DNA of 63,892 nt, the filler included, from Candidatus Woesearchaeota archaeon (lineage in GTDB: Archaea; Nanobdellota; Nanobdellia; Woesearchaeales; CG1-02-33-12): the NCBI GenBank assembly GCA_018399355.1. It is 5 parts of 5 records of this genome, joined end to end, with 100 filler letters (N's around TTAATTAATTAA, not from the genome) between each part and the next. Parts side by side here need not be neighbours in the genome. Positions count along the whole stretch, not along the records: positions 1 to 14,311 come from JAGYOA010000023.1; positions 14,412 to 28,408 come from JAGYOA010000024.1; 3 more parts are not named here. One strand, 5' to 3'. Each line of letters begins with the position of its first letter. The stretch's first letter is position 1. The notes below the pieces were generated by a model. The model worked only from the letters and a program-made list of their open reading frames with translations, was not told the DNA's origin and made no database searches. Position numbers and translations under genes: made by a program. Below are positions 8,162-16,772 of this stretch, piece after piece.

Positions 8162-9778
8162 ATGAAACCAACTGAATATGAGTTGCTTTTATTTTTCAAA
8201 AAAAATCCTGAAAAGGAATTCTCAACAACTGAAATATTGTCAGGTATTTTTACAGAGAAGCATCAGAATATAAAAAATATCCTCAATGACCAATTTTCAA
8301 GCAAGGAAAATATTAACAATGCAAAAAGAGAAAAAGGCCAACTCCATAGAAAATTATTGTACTATCTAAACAACCTTGTTGAGGATGAGATAATAAAGAT
8401 AGTGAAACAAGGCAATAAAGGCGAAAAGTATTTTGCTCTTGCGCTTGATGAAAATGAAGAGCTGATAATAAACAAGTCAAAAAGAAAGATAATAATATCA
8501 AAGCCAAGTATACCTGCAATGCCAATTGACGGTTATGAGCAAAAGAATGTTGCATCAAAGTTTGAGCAGGCAACCTGGGTTGACCGCCTTAATTCTATAA
8601 TCATTGAAACACCAAAATTCAAAACAATAAATGAGCTTTATAACACAATAAACAAATGCTTTTCAAATGTAAATGATGTTATTGGTTTGAATGACTTTGA
8701 GCATTTAATAAAAAAAAGTGATATAAAAGAGCTCATGCCTGTAATAAGAAGGATAAATTCTGACTGTGTTGATTACGGCAAGAGAATAAGCTTTATAATC
8801 AACATAAAAAACATAAACAAGGAAAATGAAAAGATAATCTGTGAATTTATAAATGATTATTGTGAGATGAATTCAGATGGCCTTAATATAATTTTTAATA
8901 TGGGAAGCAAGGAAATACAGGAGAAAAGCAGTGTTATTGAATTGATATCAAGCAGATTCATATCATCAAGAAAACGAATGAATATCAAGAACAGTGACAT
9001 ATGTGAAGCCCCATACATCCTTGGAAGGGCAGGCCCATACAGTTTAAACGAAGAAGAGTGGCTTTTATATAATAGGGATTTTCAGAAAGAAAGCTATGGG
9101 CTTGCATGCTCTCAATCAACTATATGTGTTGATGTTGAAAAATTCTTTATTGAGTATAAAAACATTTCAAATTTCAGGATTTTCATCAAAAACATTGTTA
9201 AATCCCTTCTTTCAACAAACTCTCTGCAAAGAAGAAGATCAGATGAATACTTCAGAGAGATACTAAAGATTGCCTTTCCAAACCTTATGCAGTTCTTTGC
9301 ATTCAGCAGAAATTATATAAGATTTTGGAACTATGGATGGAAAAATCCCAACATCAACCAAAATTATGTTATAGACCTCATAAAAAGCACTAAAGAAGAG
9401 GTTGACAACTTCTGCGTTTCAGAAGAAACAATATACAAGTCATGCGGAATGCCAACCCGGTTTAAGGTCGCTTTTTCATGCCTTTTCAAGAAAGCAAATG
9501 AAAGCTTTAGTGAAAGGCAGTTTAACAGGATAGAGGTAAGGAAGCTTGAAGACTTATACTCAAAAGAAATGAAAGAGCTGCTTTCTGTTAAAGAAGAGAT
9601 TTTCAACGCATTTGACGGAGGAGATATAGCAAGGTTTTACAGGGTTGGAAAGCTTGACCCAAAAGATTCTCCAAGAGAGTTCAATATTATATTGAAAACA
9701 TACAAGATTCCTTTTTTTTCATATGATTTTCACGGAATAAATGAGGCAGACTTAAAGCTAACAAGCTTTATAAGGTGA
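8162..9778 (+). CDS. Hypothetical protein with N-terminal winged-HTH-like domain and unknown C-terminal domain
   Basis: ELLLFFKKNPEKEFSTTEI...LHRKLLYYLNNLVEDEIIKIVKQGNKGEKYFAL resembles a wHTH. Long ORF preceded by a TATA box (TTTTATATA ~8130). Confidence 0.7.
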   Translation: MKPTEYELLLFFKKNPEKEFSTTEILSGIFTEKHQNIKNILNDQFSSKENINNAKREKGQLHRKLLYYLNNLVEDEIIKIVKQGNKGEKYFALALDENEELIINKSKRKIIISKPSIPAMPIDGYEQKNVASKFEQATWVDRLNSIIIETPKFKTINELYNTINKCFSNVNDVIGLNDFEHLIKKSDIKELMPVIRRINSDCVDYGKRISFIINIKNINKENEKIICEFINDYCEMNSDGLNIIFNMGSKEIQEKSSVIELISSRFISSRKRMNIKNSDICEAPYILGRAGPYSLNEEEWLLYNRDFQKESYGLACSQSTICVDVEKFFIEYKNISNFRIFIKNIVKSLLSTNSLQRRRSDEYFREILKIAFPNLMQFFAFSRNYIRFWNYGWKNPNINQNYVIDLIKSTKEEVDNFCVSEETIYKSCGMPTRFKVAFSCLFKKANESFSERQFNRIEVRKLEDLYSKEMKELLSVKEEIFNAFDGGDIARFYRVGKLDPKDSPREFNIILKTYKIPFFSYDFHGINEADLKLTSFIR

Positions 9779-9783
9779 ATTAA

Positions 9784-10434
9784 ATGAAGATAAGCTCTGA
9801 AACAACAATAGGCGCATGGAAATCAAGCCTGATACATATATTAAAACAAGGAGTTGATTTTGTTGATGAAAACAACAGGGTTTGCAGAGAGGAGCTTAAT
9901 TTTCTTATAGAGGTTGAAAACCCTGAAAAGGACATAAATAAGCCGGTTGAATCGCTTTACCGCTTTAAAAAATGGGTGTATCCTTCTATAGAAGAGCTTG
10001 CTGAAGTCATAATGTCAAGAAAGACTGTTCATGCATACTCTTATTCATACGGCCCCAGGCTTTTTAATTTTCGCGGCAAAATAAACCAGGTAGATGATTT
10101 TTTGATTCCTCTTATGAAAAAAAACAGCTTTTCAAGAAGAGGTATTGTTACAATATGGGACCCTGAACAGGACTCAAACGCCTATAAAAGAGAGATTCCT
10201 GCCTTGATAAGTATTGATTTCAAGATGAGAAATAAAAAGCTTAATGCAACAGCTGTTGTAAGAAGCAATGACCTATTTTTTGGATGGCCCGCAAACATTT
10301 ATCAAATATTTGTATTGCAGGAGTATATTGCAAAAAAGCTTGACTGCAAAATAGGCTCTCTGGCAACTTTTTCAAACAGCGCGCATATCTTTAAAGACCA
10401 ATTTGAGGATATAAGAAAAATTATCGGAGAATAG
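9784..10434 (+). CDS. Thymidylate synthase (archaeal ThyA-like) homologue with catalytic Cys replaced by Ala
   Basis: YSYGPRL, SRRG, IWDP..D, EIPALISIDF (normally PC), VRSNDLFFGWPAN, SAHIF. Confidence 0.8.
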   Translation: MKISSETTIGAWKSSLIHILKQGVDFVDENNRVCREELNFLIEVENPEKDINKPVESLYRFKKWVYPSIEELAEVIMSRKTVHAYSYSYGPRLFNFRGKINQVDDFLIPLMKKNSFSRRGIVTIWDPEQDSNAYKREIPALISIDFKMRNKKLNATAVVRSNDLFFGWPANIYQIFVLQEYIAKKLDCKIGSLATFSNSAHIFKDQFEDIRKIIGE

Positions 10435-10499
10435 CTTAATTAACCATTTTATATTAAAATAACCAAAAATTAATAAATGACAAACAAAAACATGTTTTT

Positions 10500-12191
10500 A
10501 TGGAATTATTCAAAAAAGAGATAGAAAAAGCACTAAAGCCTCATGTAAAAGACGAAATAGCACTTGAGATTCCGCCTGATTCCAAGATGGGAGATTACGC
10601 CTTTCCATGTTTTGGCCTTGCAAAAGAGCTAAAAAAGAGCCCTTCAGAGATTGCAAAGGAATTGGCTTTAAAGGTAAAATCAAACAAATACATAAAAGAA
10701 GTAAGGAATGTTGGTCCTTATGTGAATTTCTTTGTTAACAATGATATTCTTAATGAAACAGTCCTAAATGAAATATTAAAACAAAAAGAAAAATATGGCT
10801 CCTGGCCAAACAAAAACAAGAAAGTTGTTATTGAATTTCCTTCTCCAAACACAAACAAGCCCTTGCATTTAGGGCACGCAAGAAACATGCTTATTGGAGA
10901 AAGCCTGTCAAGAATTCTTGAATTTAATGGATACGATGTTTATAGGGTTAATTTAAATAATGATCGCGGAGTCCATATATGCAAGTCAATGCTGGCTTAT
11001 AAAAAATGGGGAGATGCAAAAACACCTGAATCAGAAAACAAAAAGCCAGACCATTTTGTAGGCGATTTTTATGTTCTTTACAGCAAAAAGGCAAAGGAAA
11101 ATCCTGATTTAGATAAAGAAGCACAGGAAATGCTGAAAAAATGGGAGAACAATGATAAGGAGACAGTTGAACTCTGGAAAAAGATGAACAACTGGGCAGT
11201 AAAAGGATTCAATGAAACTTACAATGTATTTGGAATAAAGCATGATAAAACATACAATGAAAGCGAGCATTATGACAAAGCAAAAAAGATTGTTATTGAA
11301 AATTTGAAAAAAGGAATTTTCAAAAAAGACGAAGAAGGAAATATTTATGCTGACCTTGAAAAATATAACCTACCGAATAAAATACTCTTAAGAGCAGACG
11401 GCACAAGCGTTTACATAACACAGGATATCATGCTTGCGAAGATAAAATACAATGATTTCAAGATGGATAAATCAATTTTTGTTGTTGGCTCAGAGCAGAA
11501 GCTTCACTTTAAACAATTGTTTAAGATTCTTGAGATGATTGGATTTAAAAATTATGATGGATGTTACCATTTAGCCTATGGTATGATTGCTCTTCCTGAG
11601 GGAAAGATGAAGTCAAGGGAAGGAACTGTTGTTGACGCAGATGATATAGTTAATGATATGATAAGCCTTGCAAAAAAAGAGATTGAAGAAAGGCATGAAC
11701 TTGATAAACAAGAGATTGAAGAAAGAGCAAAAACAATCGGGCTTGGCGCATTAAACTTTTTTATTTTGAAATATGATGCGCTAAAGGATTTTATTTTTAA
11801 TCCAAAGGAGTCAATATCATTTGAGGGTGAGACAGGCCCTTACATACAGTATGCTCATGCAAGGATATGCAGCATATTAAGAAAAGCAGGAAAACAAACA
11901 AGGGATATAGACCTTTCTTTATTAAAAGAAAAAGAGGAAAAAGAGATTATAAAGGCATTAGGCAGTTTTCCTGATGTTATTGATAGTGCAGCTTCTGGAT
12001 ATAAGCCCTCTTTAATTACAAGATACCTTCTTGATTTAGCCCAATTGTTTAATGAATTCTATCATAAGCACCAAATTCTTAAGGCAGATGAAGAAACAAG
12101 GGATGCAAGGATTATTTTAATAAAATCAGTAAAACAGGTTATTGGGAATGGCCTTAATCTTCTTGGAATAAATGCTCCTGAAAAGATGTAG
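10500..12191 (+). CDS. argS: Arginyl-tRNA synthetase
   Basis: GDYAFPCF, SPNTNKPLHLGH (HIGH), GKMKSREG, GETGPYIQYAHAR, C-terminal APEKM. Confidence 0.97.
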   Translation: MELFKKEIEKALKPHVKDEIALEIPPDSKMGDYAFPCFGLAKELKKSPSEIAKELALKVKSNKYIKEVRNVGPYVNFFVNNDILNETVLNEILKQKEKYGSWPNKNKKVVIEFPSPNTNKPLHLGHARNMLIGESLSRILEFNGYDVYRVNLNNDRGVHICKSMLAYKKWGDAKTPESENKKPDHFVGDFYVLYSKKAKENPDLDKEAQEMLKKWENNDKETVELWKKMNNWAVKGFNETYNVFGIKHDKTYNESEHYDKAKKIVIENLKKGIFKKDEEGNIYADLEKYNLPNKILLRADGTSVYITQDIMLAKIKYNDFKMDKSIFVVGSEQKLHFKQLFKILEMIGFKNYDGCYHLAYGMIALPEGKMKSREGTVVDADDIVNDMISLAKKEIEERHELDKQEIEERAKTIGLGALNFFILKYDALKDFIFNPKESISFEGETGPYIQYAHARICSILRKAGKQTRDIDLSLLKEKEEKEIIKALGSFPDVIDSAASGYKPSLITRYLLDLAQLFNEFYHKHQILKADEETRDARIILIKSVKQVIGNGLNLLGINAPEKM

Positions 12192-12237
12192 CATCGTAAA
12201 TTATAAATATAAGTTTTAATTATTGATTTTTTTAACT

Positions 12238-12750
12238 ATGGAAAAGATAGTGTTGACTCCTAAAGAAACTAGGCTTCTCATCCCGCATTGGTATGAACTC
12301 GATGATAAAAAACTAAAAAATTTAAGTTTTGTTAAAACAAGAAAAAGCAATTTTCTAAGCAAGGAAAACTATAGGGTTATGTCAACCACTGGGATATTAA
12401 TAACTCCAATTGAAATAAAAGGCAGGGATTTCTTTTATATTCTTAATGGGAAACACAGGGCCTTTAAGTCTGCTGAATCTAAACTAAACCTTGAGGCTTA
12501 TATTGTTTCTGATGAGCATGATATATTGTATCACACTCCGAAAAAAAGCTTTGGTAATGATGATCCAAATGAATTGCCTTATATTGATTCTGTTTATATT
12601 AATAATTATGAAAATCTAGACTTTCCAAACGGGCTTAAGAGCGTTCTTATCGCTTATATGAATATGGAAAAATTGGTGAATAGGTGCATTGAAAACAAGA
12701 TATGTTTCATAAAAGATTTTTTCAAAAATACCGATAAATTTATATATTAG
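12238..12750 (+). CDS. Hypothetical protein with possible ParB/Srx-like motif
   Basis: PIEI...FFYILNGKHRA resembles the ParB-fold DGxHR motif. Start placed at MEKIV. Confidence 0.5.
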   Translation: MEKIVLTPKETRLLIPHWYELDDKKLKNLSFVKTRKSNFLSKENYRVMSTTGILITPIEIKGRDFFYILNGKHRAFKSAESKLNLEAYIVSDEHDILYHTPKKSFGNDDPNELPYIDSVYINNYENLDFPNGLKSVLIAYMNMEKLVNRCIENKICFIKDFFKNTDKFIY

Positions 12751-12792
12751 TTACTACTATATAATAATAAAATTAAAACAAATTGAAAATTT

Positions 12793-13773
12793 TTGGTAAA
12801 ACAGAAAAAGGTGATTGCTATGATAAATTCATTCAAAAGGAGGCAAAAGATAATAAGCAAAGAGAAAGAAGTAGAAAGAAATCATGAAAAGAATGTAAGA
12901 AATAAACTTAAGGAAAAATATGAAGACTATTTTATGGACAATGCACTAGAACTTTATAAGATAAATATTAATTTTATACCAACACCAAGAAAATCAAAAA
13001 AACTGAACTTAGTTGAGCCAATTTCAGGTCTGCCTAATTTAGAATTTATTCCTTACCTTTATGTATGTTCTAAGAATATTTTTGATGGTAGAAAAATAAA
13101 AAATAAGGAAAAAGAAGCGATAATTCCAAAAACTTTAATTGAGTCCATCATATATCCCTACTATAAAACAATAGGAGGAGATTTCAAAGAAGTTAACATT
13201 AAGGAAGGTGATGAACCGTTTAAATATTTTCTCGAAGATAATAATGGGTTTAATATGTATATAAAGCTTCATAAAAAGAAGGAAAATGAAATATTCTGGA
13301 AAAGGGAAGAAACAGAGGGCGTAGTAAGATACAGGAAAAATAAAGAAATATATGACGAGGTACTTTTCAATACTTACATAAAACAACTTAACAGAGAGAT
13401 TAAACTCTTTAAAAAGAAATGTAATGAAGAAGATATACCATCACTTGAAACAAAAGTAGAGCCACCAGAAAATATTGAGTTTTGCATGACAAAAAAAGGT
13501 TCTTTGTGTGGATTGGTTTTTCAGGTAAAAAATATTGATGGAACATATAATCCTGTTTTGTATAGATATGTTCAGGAAAATTCCAACTTAGAAAGTATTG
13601 ACAAAAAAATCCAGCCATTTTTAGAAAAATCAATATATGCAGCAAGCATCCATCCATCCATGCTTAATAAAATACCTTTAGTGAATGATAATTTTGATGA
13701 AAGATATTTTGAAATATTCAAAAATAGGTTTAATAGAATAGTAGAAAATTACCAACAAGAAGGATTAATATGA
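12793..13773 (+). CDS. Hypothetical protein
   Basis: 326-aa ORF, very AT-rich. Real start may be the ATG at 12820 after AGGTGA. Confidence 0.6.
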   Translation: MVKQKKVIAMINSFKRRQKIISKEKEVERNHEKNVRNKLKEKYEDYFMDNALELYKININFIPTPRKSKKLNLVEPISGLPNLEFIPYLYVCSKNIFDGRKIKNKEKEAIIPKTLIESIIYPYYKTIGGDFKEVNIKEGDEPFKYFLEDNNGFNMYIKLHKKKENEIFWKREETEGVVRYRKNKEIYDEVLFNTYIKQLNREIKLFKKKCNEEDIPSLETKVEPPENIEFCMTKKGSLCGLVFQVKNIDGTYNPVLYRYVQENSNLESIDKKIQPFLEKSIYAASIHPSMLNKIPLVNDNFDERYFEIFKNRFNRIVENYQQEGLI

Positions 13774-13855
13774 AAAAAATATATTAAATGATTTGAATAA
13801 TACATTCCGAAGAATGTTTAATAAAAATCTTTTCCCATAACTATGATGAGTGAAT

Positions 13856-14212
13856 TTACCAGATGATTATCGCAATCATTATCAGTATTAATCCAATCAT
13901 TATGGATGCATAGGCCGCTAACTCATCCGAAGGAATCTTTGAAAATGTTTTTGTTATGCTTTGATTCTCTTTTTTAGATGCATTTGAACTTCCAGATATT
14001 CCTCTCATCAAGGTTGATTGTTGACTTGTTGTAGGCCTTGTAGGAAAAGATGAAGATGGCCTGCTGAAGCTTGGCTGCGGCCTCATAACATTTCTTTGGT
14101 TTGGCATCATGGGCCTTTGTTGATTGCTTTGCTGGTAGAAATTTGGTTTATTTTCTTTTTTTGAGCCTTTCTCAAAAACAGGATATATTTTTTTTCCAAC
14201 CTTGATTTTCAT
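13856..14212 (-). CDS. Hypothetical tail-anchored membrane protein with Q/P/S-rich low-complexity region
   Basis: Polar disordered middle and a single C-terminal TM helix. AGGTG SD upstream. Confidence 0.6.
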   Translation of the reverse strand: MKIKVGKKIYPVFEKGSKKENKPNFYQQSNQQRPMMPNQRNVMRPQPSFSRPSSSFPTRPTTSQQSTLMRGISGSSNASKKENQSITKTFSKIPSDELAAYASIMIGLILIMIAIIIW

Positions 14213-14311
14213 TTAAACACCTTCTTTTTATAAATTATTTTTCTGATGTTTATAAAATTTTCTTTTTTAATTAAAAAATCTTCACAACCAATTCCAGAAC
14301 CAATTCCTGTT

Positions 14312-14411
14312 NNNNNNNNNNNNNNNNNNNNNNNNNNNNNNNNNNNNNNNNNNNNTTAATTAATTAANNNNNNNNNNNNNNNNNNNNNNNNNNNNNNNNN
14401 NNNNNNNNNNN
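14312..14411. other. Artificial contig linker
   Basis: 44 N + TTAATTAATTAA (stops in all six frames) + 44 N. Confidence 0.97.
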
Positions 14412-14467
14412 TCATCTTGAGGGTTTGTAATAGGTAAATTAACTTAATAAACCTTTTCCAAAAACCT

Positions 14468-14475
14468 TTTAAATA
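14468..14475 (+). promoter_or_regulatory. TATA box of the tRNA-Gly gene
   Basis: TTTAAATA preceded by an A-rich BRE-like tract, 23-30 nt upstream of the tRNA 5' end. Confidence 0.6.
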
Positions 14476-14497
14476 CATTTTTATTAATTCTTCTTAT

Positions 14498-14662
14498 ACG
14501 GCTGTGGTCTAGCGGTATGATACGACCCTCCCAAGGTCGTTGCCCGGGTTCAAACCAAATGGTTACGCTCATTTGATACGCAAGGGCGGGCATTGAATTA
14601 AAAATTCAAGCCCACCGAGCTCGCTACGCTCGCAATCATTTGTGAAAGTCCCGGCAGCCGTA
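14498..14662 (+). tRNA. tRNA-Gly(CCC) with a 94-nt intron (14555-14648) in the T-loop at position 59/60
   Basis: Acceptor ACGGCTG/CAGCCGT plus discriminator A; anticodon arm CGACC-CT CCC AA-GGTCG; T-stem CCGGG/CCCGG. Splicing restores loop TTCAAAT. Canonical BHB at the junctions. CCA not encoded. Confidence 0.9.
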
Positions 14663-14679
14663 TTTTAAGTTAAAGAGGT

Positions 14680-15417
14680 GTGAACATGATAATCAGATTT
14701 TGGATTGTTGCAATCGCAGGGCTTATTGCCTGCATAATAACCACAATAGGAATATACACAATAAACCATTTTTCAGAATGGGGAAAAAGGAATATGGTTT
14801 ACTTTACCTCTTTTGCGGCAGGAGTTTTAATTTCTGTTTCATTTATGCATATTATTCCTGAGTCAATTGAAATGAATAAAAATGCCCCTATTTTTCTATT
14901 AGTTGGATTTTTCTCTCTTTACCTGATAAACAGGTTTTTGAAGGTTTTTGTATGCCACGGCGGAAAATGTGATGAAAGGGCCTTTGGTATAATTCCAGCT
15001 TTAGGCATAGGCTTTCATTCTTTTGTTGACGGGATAATTTATTCAATAACATTCAGTGTAAGTGTTCTTACTGGAGGCCTTGCTGCATTAGGAATGATTC
15101 TTCATGAATTTCCAGAGGGAATTGTTACTTATTTACTATTGGTTAAAGCTGGATTCAGTAAAAGGAAGTCCTCATTTTATGCCTTCCTTGCAGCTGCCTT
15201 AACAACACCATTAGGTGTATTTGTTTCATGGCCTTTTATAAGCAAGCTTAAAGGTCCAGCCTTAGGAGTATTGCTATCATTATCAGCAGGAGCACTTATT
15301 TATGTTGGGGCAACCCATTTGCTTCCAGAGATTGAGAAAGAAAGCAAAAAATATTCTTTGTTTGCATTGGCAGCTGGAATATTGGTTGCAGTTATAATCA
15401 TGCTTTCCCACGGATAA
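14680..15417 (+). CDS. ZIP family metal (zinc) transporter
   Basis: FAAGV...HIIPES, FHSFVDG, ILHEFPEG, SAGALIYV. Confidence 0.92.
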   Translation: MNMIIRFWIVAIAGLIACIITTIGIYTINHFSEWGKRNMVYFTSFAAGVLISVSFMHIIPESIEMNKNAPIFLLVGFFSLYLINRFLKVFVCHGGKCDERAFGIIPALGIGFHSFVDGIIYSITFSVSVLTGGLAALGMILHEFPEGIVTYLLLVKAGFSKRKSSFYAFLAAALTTPLGVFVSWPFISKLKGPALGVLLSLSAGALIYVGATHLLPEIEKESKKYSLFALAAGILVAVIIMLSHG

Positions 15418-15418
15418 A

Positions 15419-15919
15419 ATGAAAGAGGATATAAACAGAGAGGATGTTCTGAAACTAGGCGGTTTAAGAAACAAAAGAATATTAGATGTAGGAATAGGAG
15501 AGCTTGCTGTTATCGCTGCAAATGATTTTAATTGTTATGTTACAACTATTGATTTAATTCAGGAAAAACTAGATGAACAAAAAAAGGATTTAATTGGGAA
15601 CAAAATTGAAAACAAGATAAAACTTGAGATAGGGGACGCAACAAAACTTAAATACAAAAACAATGAGTTTGATGCTTCTGTAAGTTATGGAACCTTGCAC
15701 CATATTCCATTAAACAAAAGAGAGGATTTTATTTCAGAGTTATGCAGGGTTTCAAAAGAAAAAGTTATAATAGCTGAATTTACAGAAAAAGGATTTCCAC
15801 ACAGATATGAATATGAAAAGGTTGACCTTGTATGGCTTGAAAAAGAACTTGAAAAGTATGGACATGTTAAAGAGTATGAAAGCATCAATAAAAATGTTTA
15901 TGTATGCAATGTTAAATAA
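15419..15919 (+). CDS. Class I SAM-dependent methyltransferase
   Basis: ILDVGIG, GDATKLKY..NEFD, TLHHI. Confidence 0.82.
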   Translation: MKEDINREDVLKLGGLRNKRILDVGIGELAVIAANDFNCYVTTIDLIQEKLDEQKKDLIGNKIENKIKLEIGDATKLKYKNNEFDASVSYGTLHHIPLNKREDFISELCRVSKEKVIIAEFTEKGFPHRYEYEKVDLVWLEKELEKYGHVKEYESINKNVYVCNVK

Positions 15920-15995
15920 ATACTTCGGCCCAAACCGAAACTAAACTAAATATTTAAAAGCAATAAAGGTATTATGCTTTATGGAGGTAATCAAA

Positions 15996-16712
15996 ATGAA
16001 GATAAGCATGATTTTAGGAATATTTTTGGCATGTGCACTAGTTATTGTTGCAGGATGCCAGGAAAAACAAGAGCAGACAATAAATGTTCAGGGAAATTCT
16101 GAGCTGAAGTTTGAGCCGGATAAGGCAGAAATTTGGGTAGGTGTTTCAATAGTTAATGAAACAGCAGAAAACGCCCAAAATGAAGTGAGCAGAATAATGA
16201 ACGCAATTGTTGACGGCCTTAGATACAAAGGCATAGCTGATAAAAACATGGAAACAGAGCAGATAAGTATCTATGAGGAAAGAATATGGAATCAGGAAGA
16301 AGGCTCTAAATTAGTAGGATGGAGAGCAAGCCAGACTTTAAAAGTAAGCACAGATGATATGACTAAGATAGGAAGTATAGTGGATGTTGCTGTAAGCAAC
16401 GGCGCAAACCAGATACACAGCGTAAACTTCGGTCTTACAGAGGAGTCTGAAAAGGAATATAAAAAACAGGCATTAGCAGATGCTGCAAAGAATGCAAAAG
16501 AGAAGGCAGAAACATTGGCAGAAAGCATGGGATTTGAGCTTGGAAATATAAAAAAAGTTTCAGAAAGCAATTTTAACTATAGGCCTTATAGCTATGCTAT
16601 GGATATGGATATAGCAGCTGGTGGTAAAGCAGTTGAAGAAGTAAGGGCAATTGTTCCACCCTCTAATGTTGATGTGACTGCTTATGTAAATGCCATTTAC
16701 TATATAAAATAA
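15996..16712 (+). CDS. SIMPL domain (DUF541) protein, putative lipoprotein
   Basis: INVQG...EPDKA, GANQIHSVNF, AKNAKEKAETLA. N-terminal MKISMILGIFLACALVIVAG-C lipobox-like signal; GGAGGT SD. Confidence 0.85.
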   Translation: MKISMILGIFLACALVIVAGCQEKQEQTINVQGNSELKFEPDKAEIWVGVSIVNETAENAQNEVSRIMNAIVDGLRYKGIADKNMETEQISIYEERIWNQEEGSKLVGWRASQTLKVSTDDMTKIGSIVDVAVSNGANQIHSVNFGLTEESEKEYKKQALADAAKNAKEKAETLAESMGFELGNIKKVSESNFNYRPYSYAMDMDIAAGGKAVEEVRAIVPPSNVDVTAYVNAIYYIK

Positions 16713-16772
16713 TTTTTTTAATCTTTATTTTTTGCAATATAAATCTTTAAATAAAATCTAATTCTATAATTT

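Noticed and set aside
9784..10434. Calling this gene a functional thyA or a phage-type dNMP hydroxymethylase
   Set aside because: Catalytic Cys is absent as sequenced, and no DNA-modification or phage genes are adjacent.
14287..14308. Short direct repeat ACCAATTCC twice at a contig end
   Set aside because: Only two copies 12 nt apart with no spacer structure; too little to call a CRISPR or tandem array.
14356..14367. TTAATTAATTAA recurring four times at about 14-kb spacing
   Set aside because: Always centred in N-runs of identical length; an artificial six-frame-stop linker, not a biological repeat.
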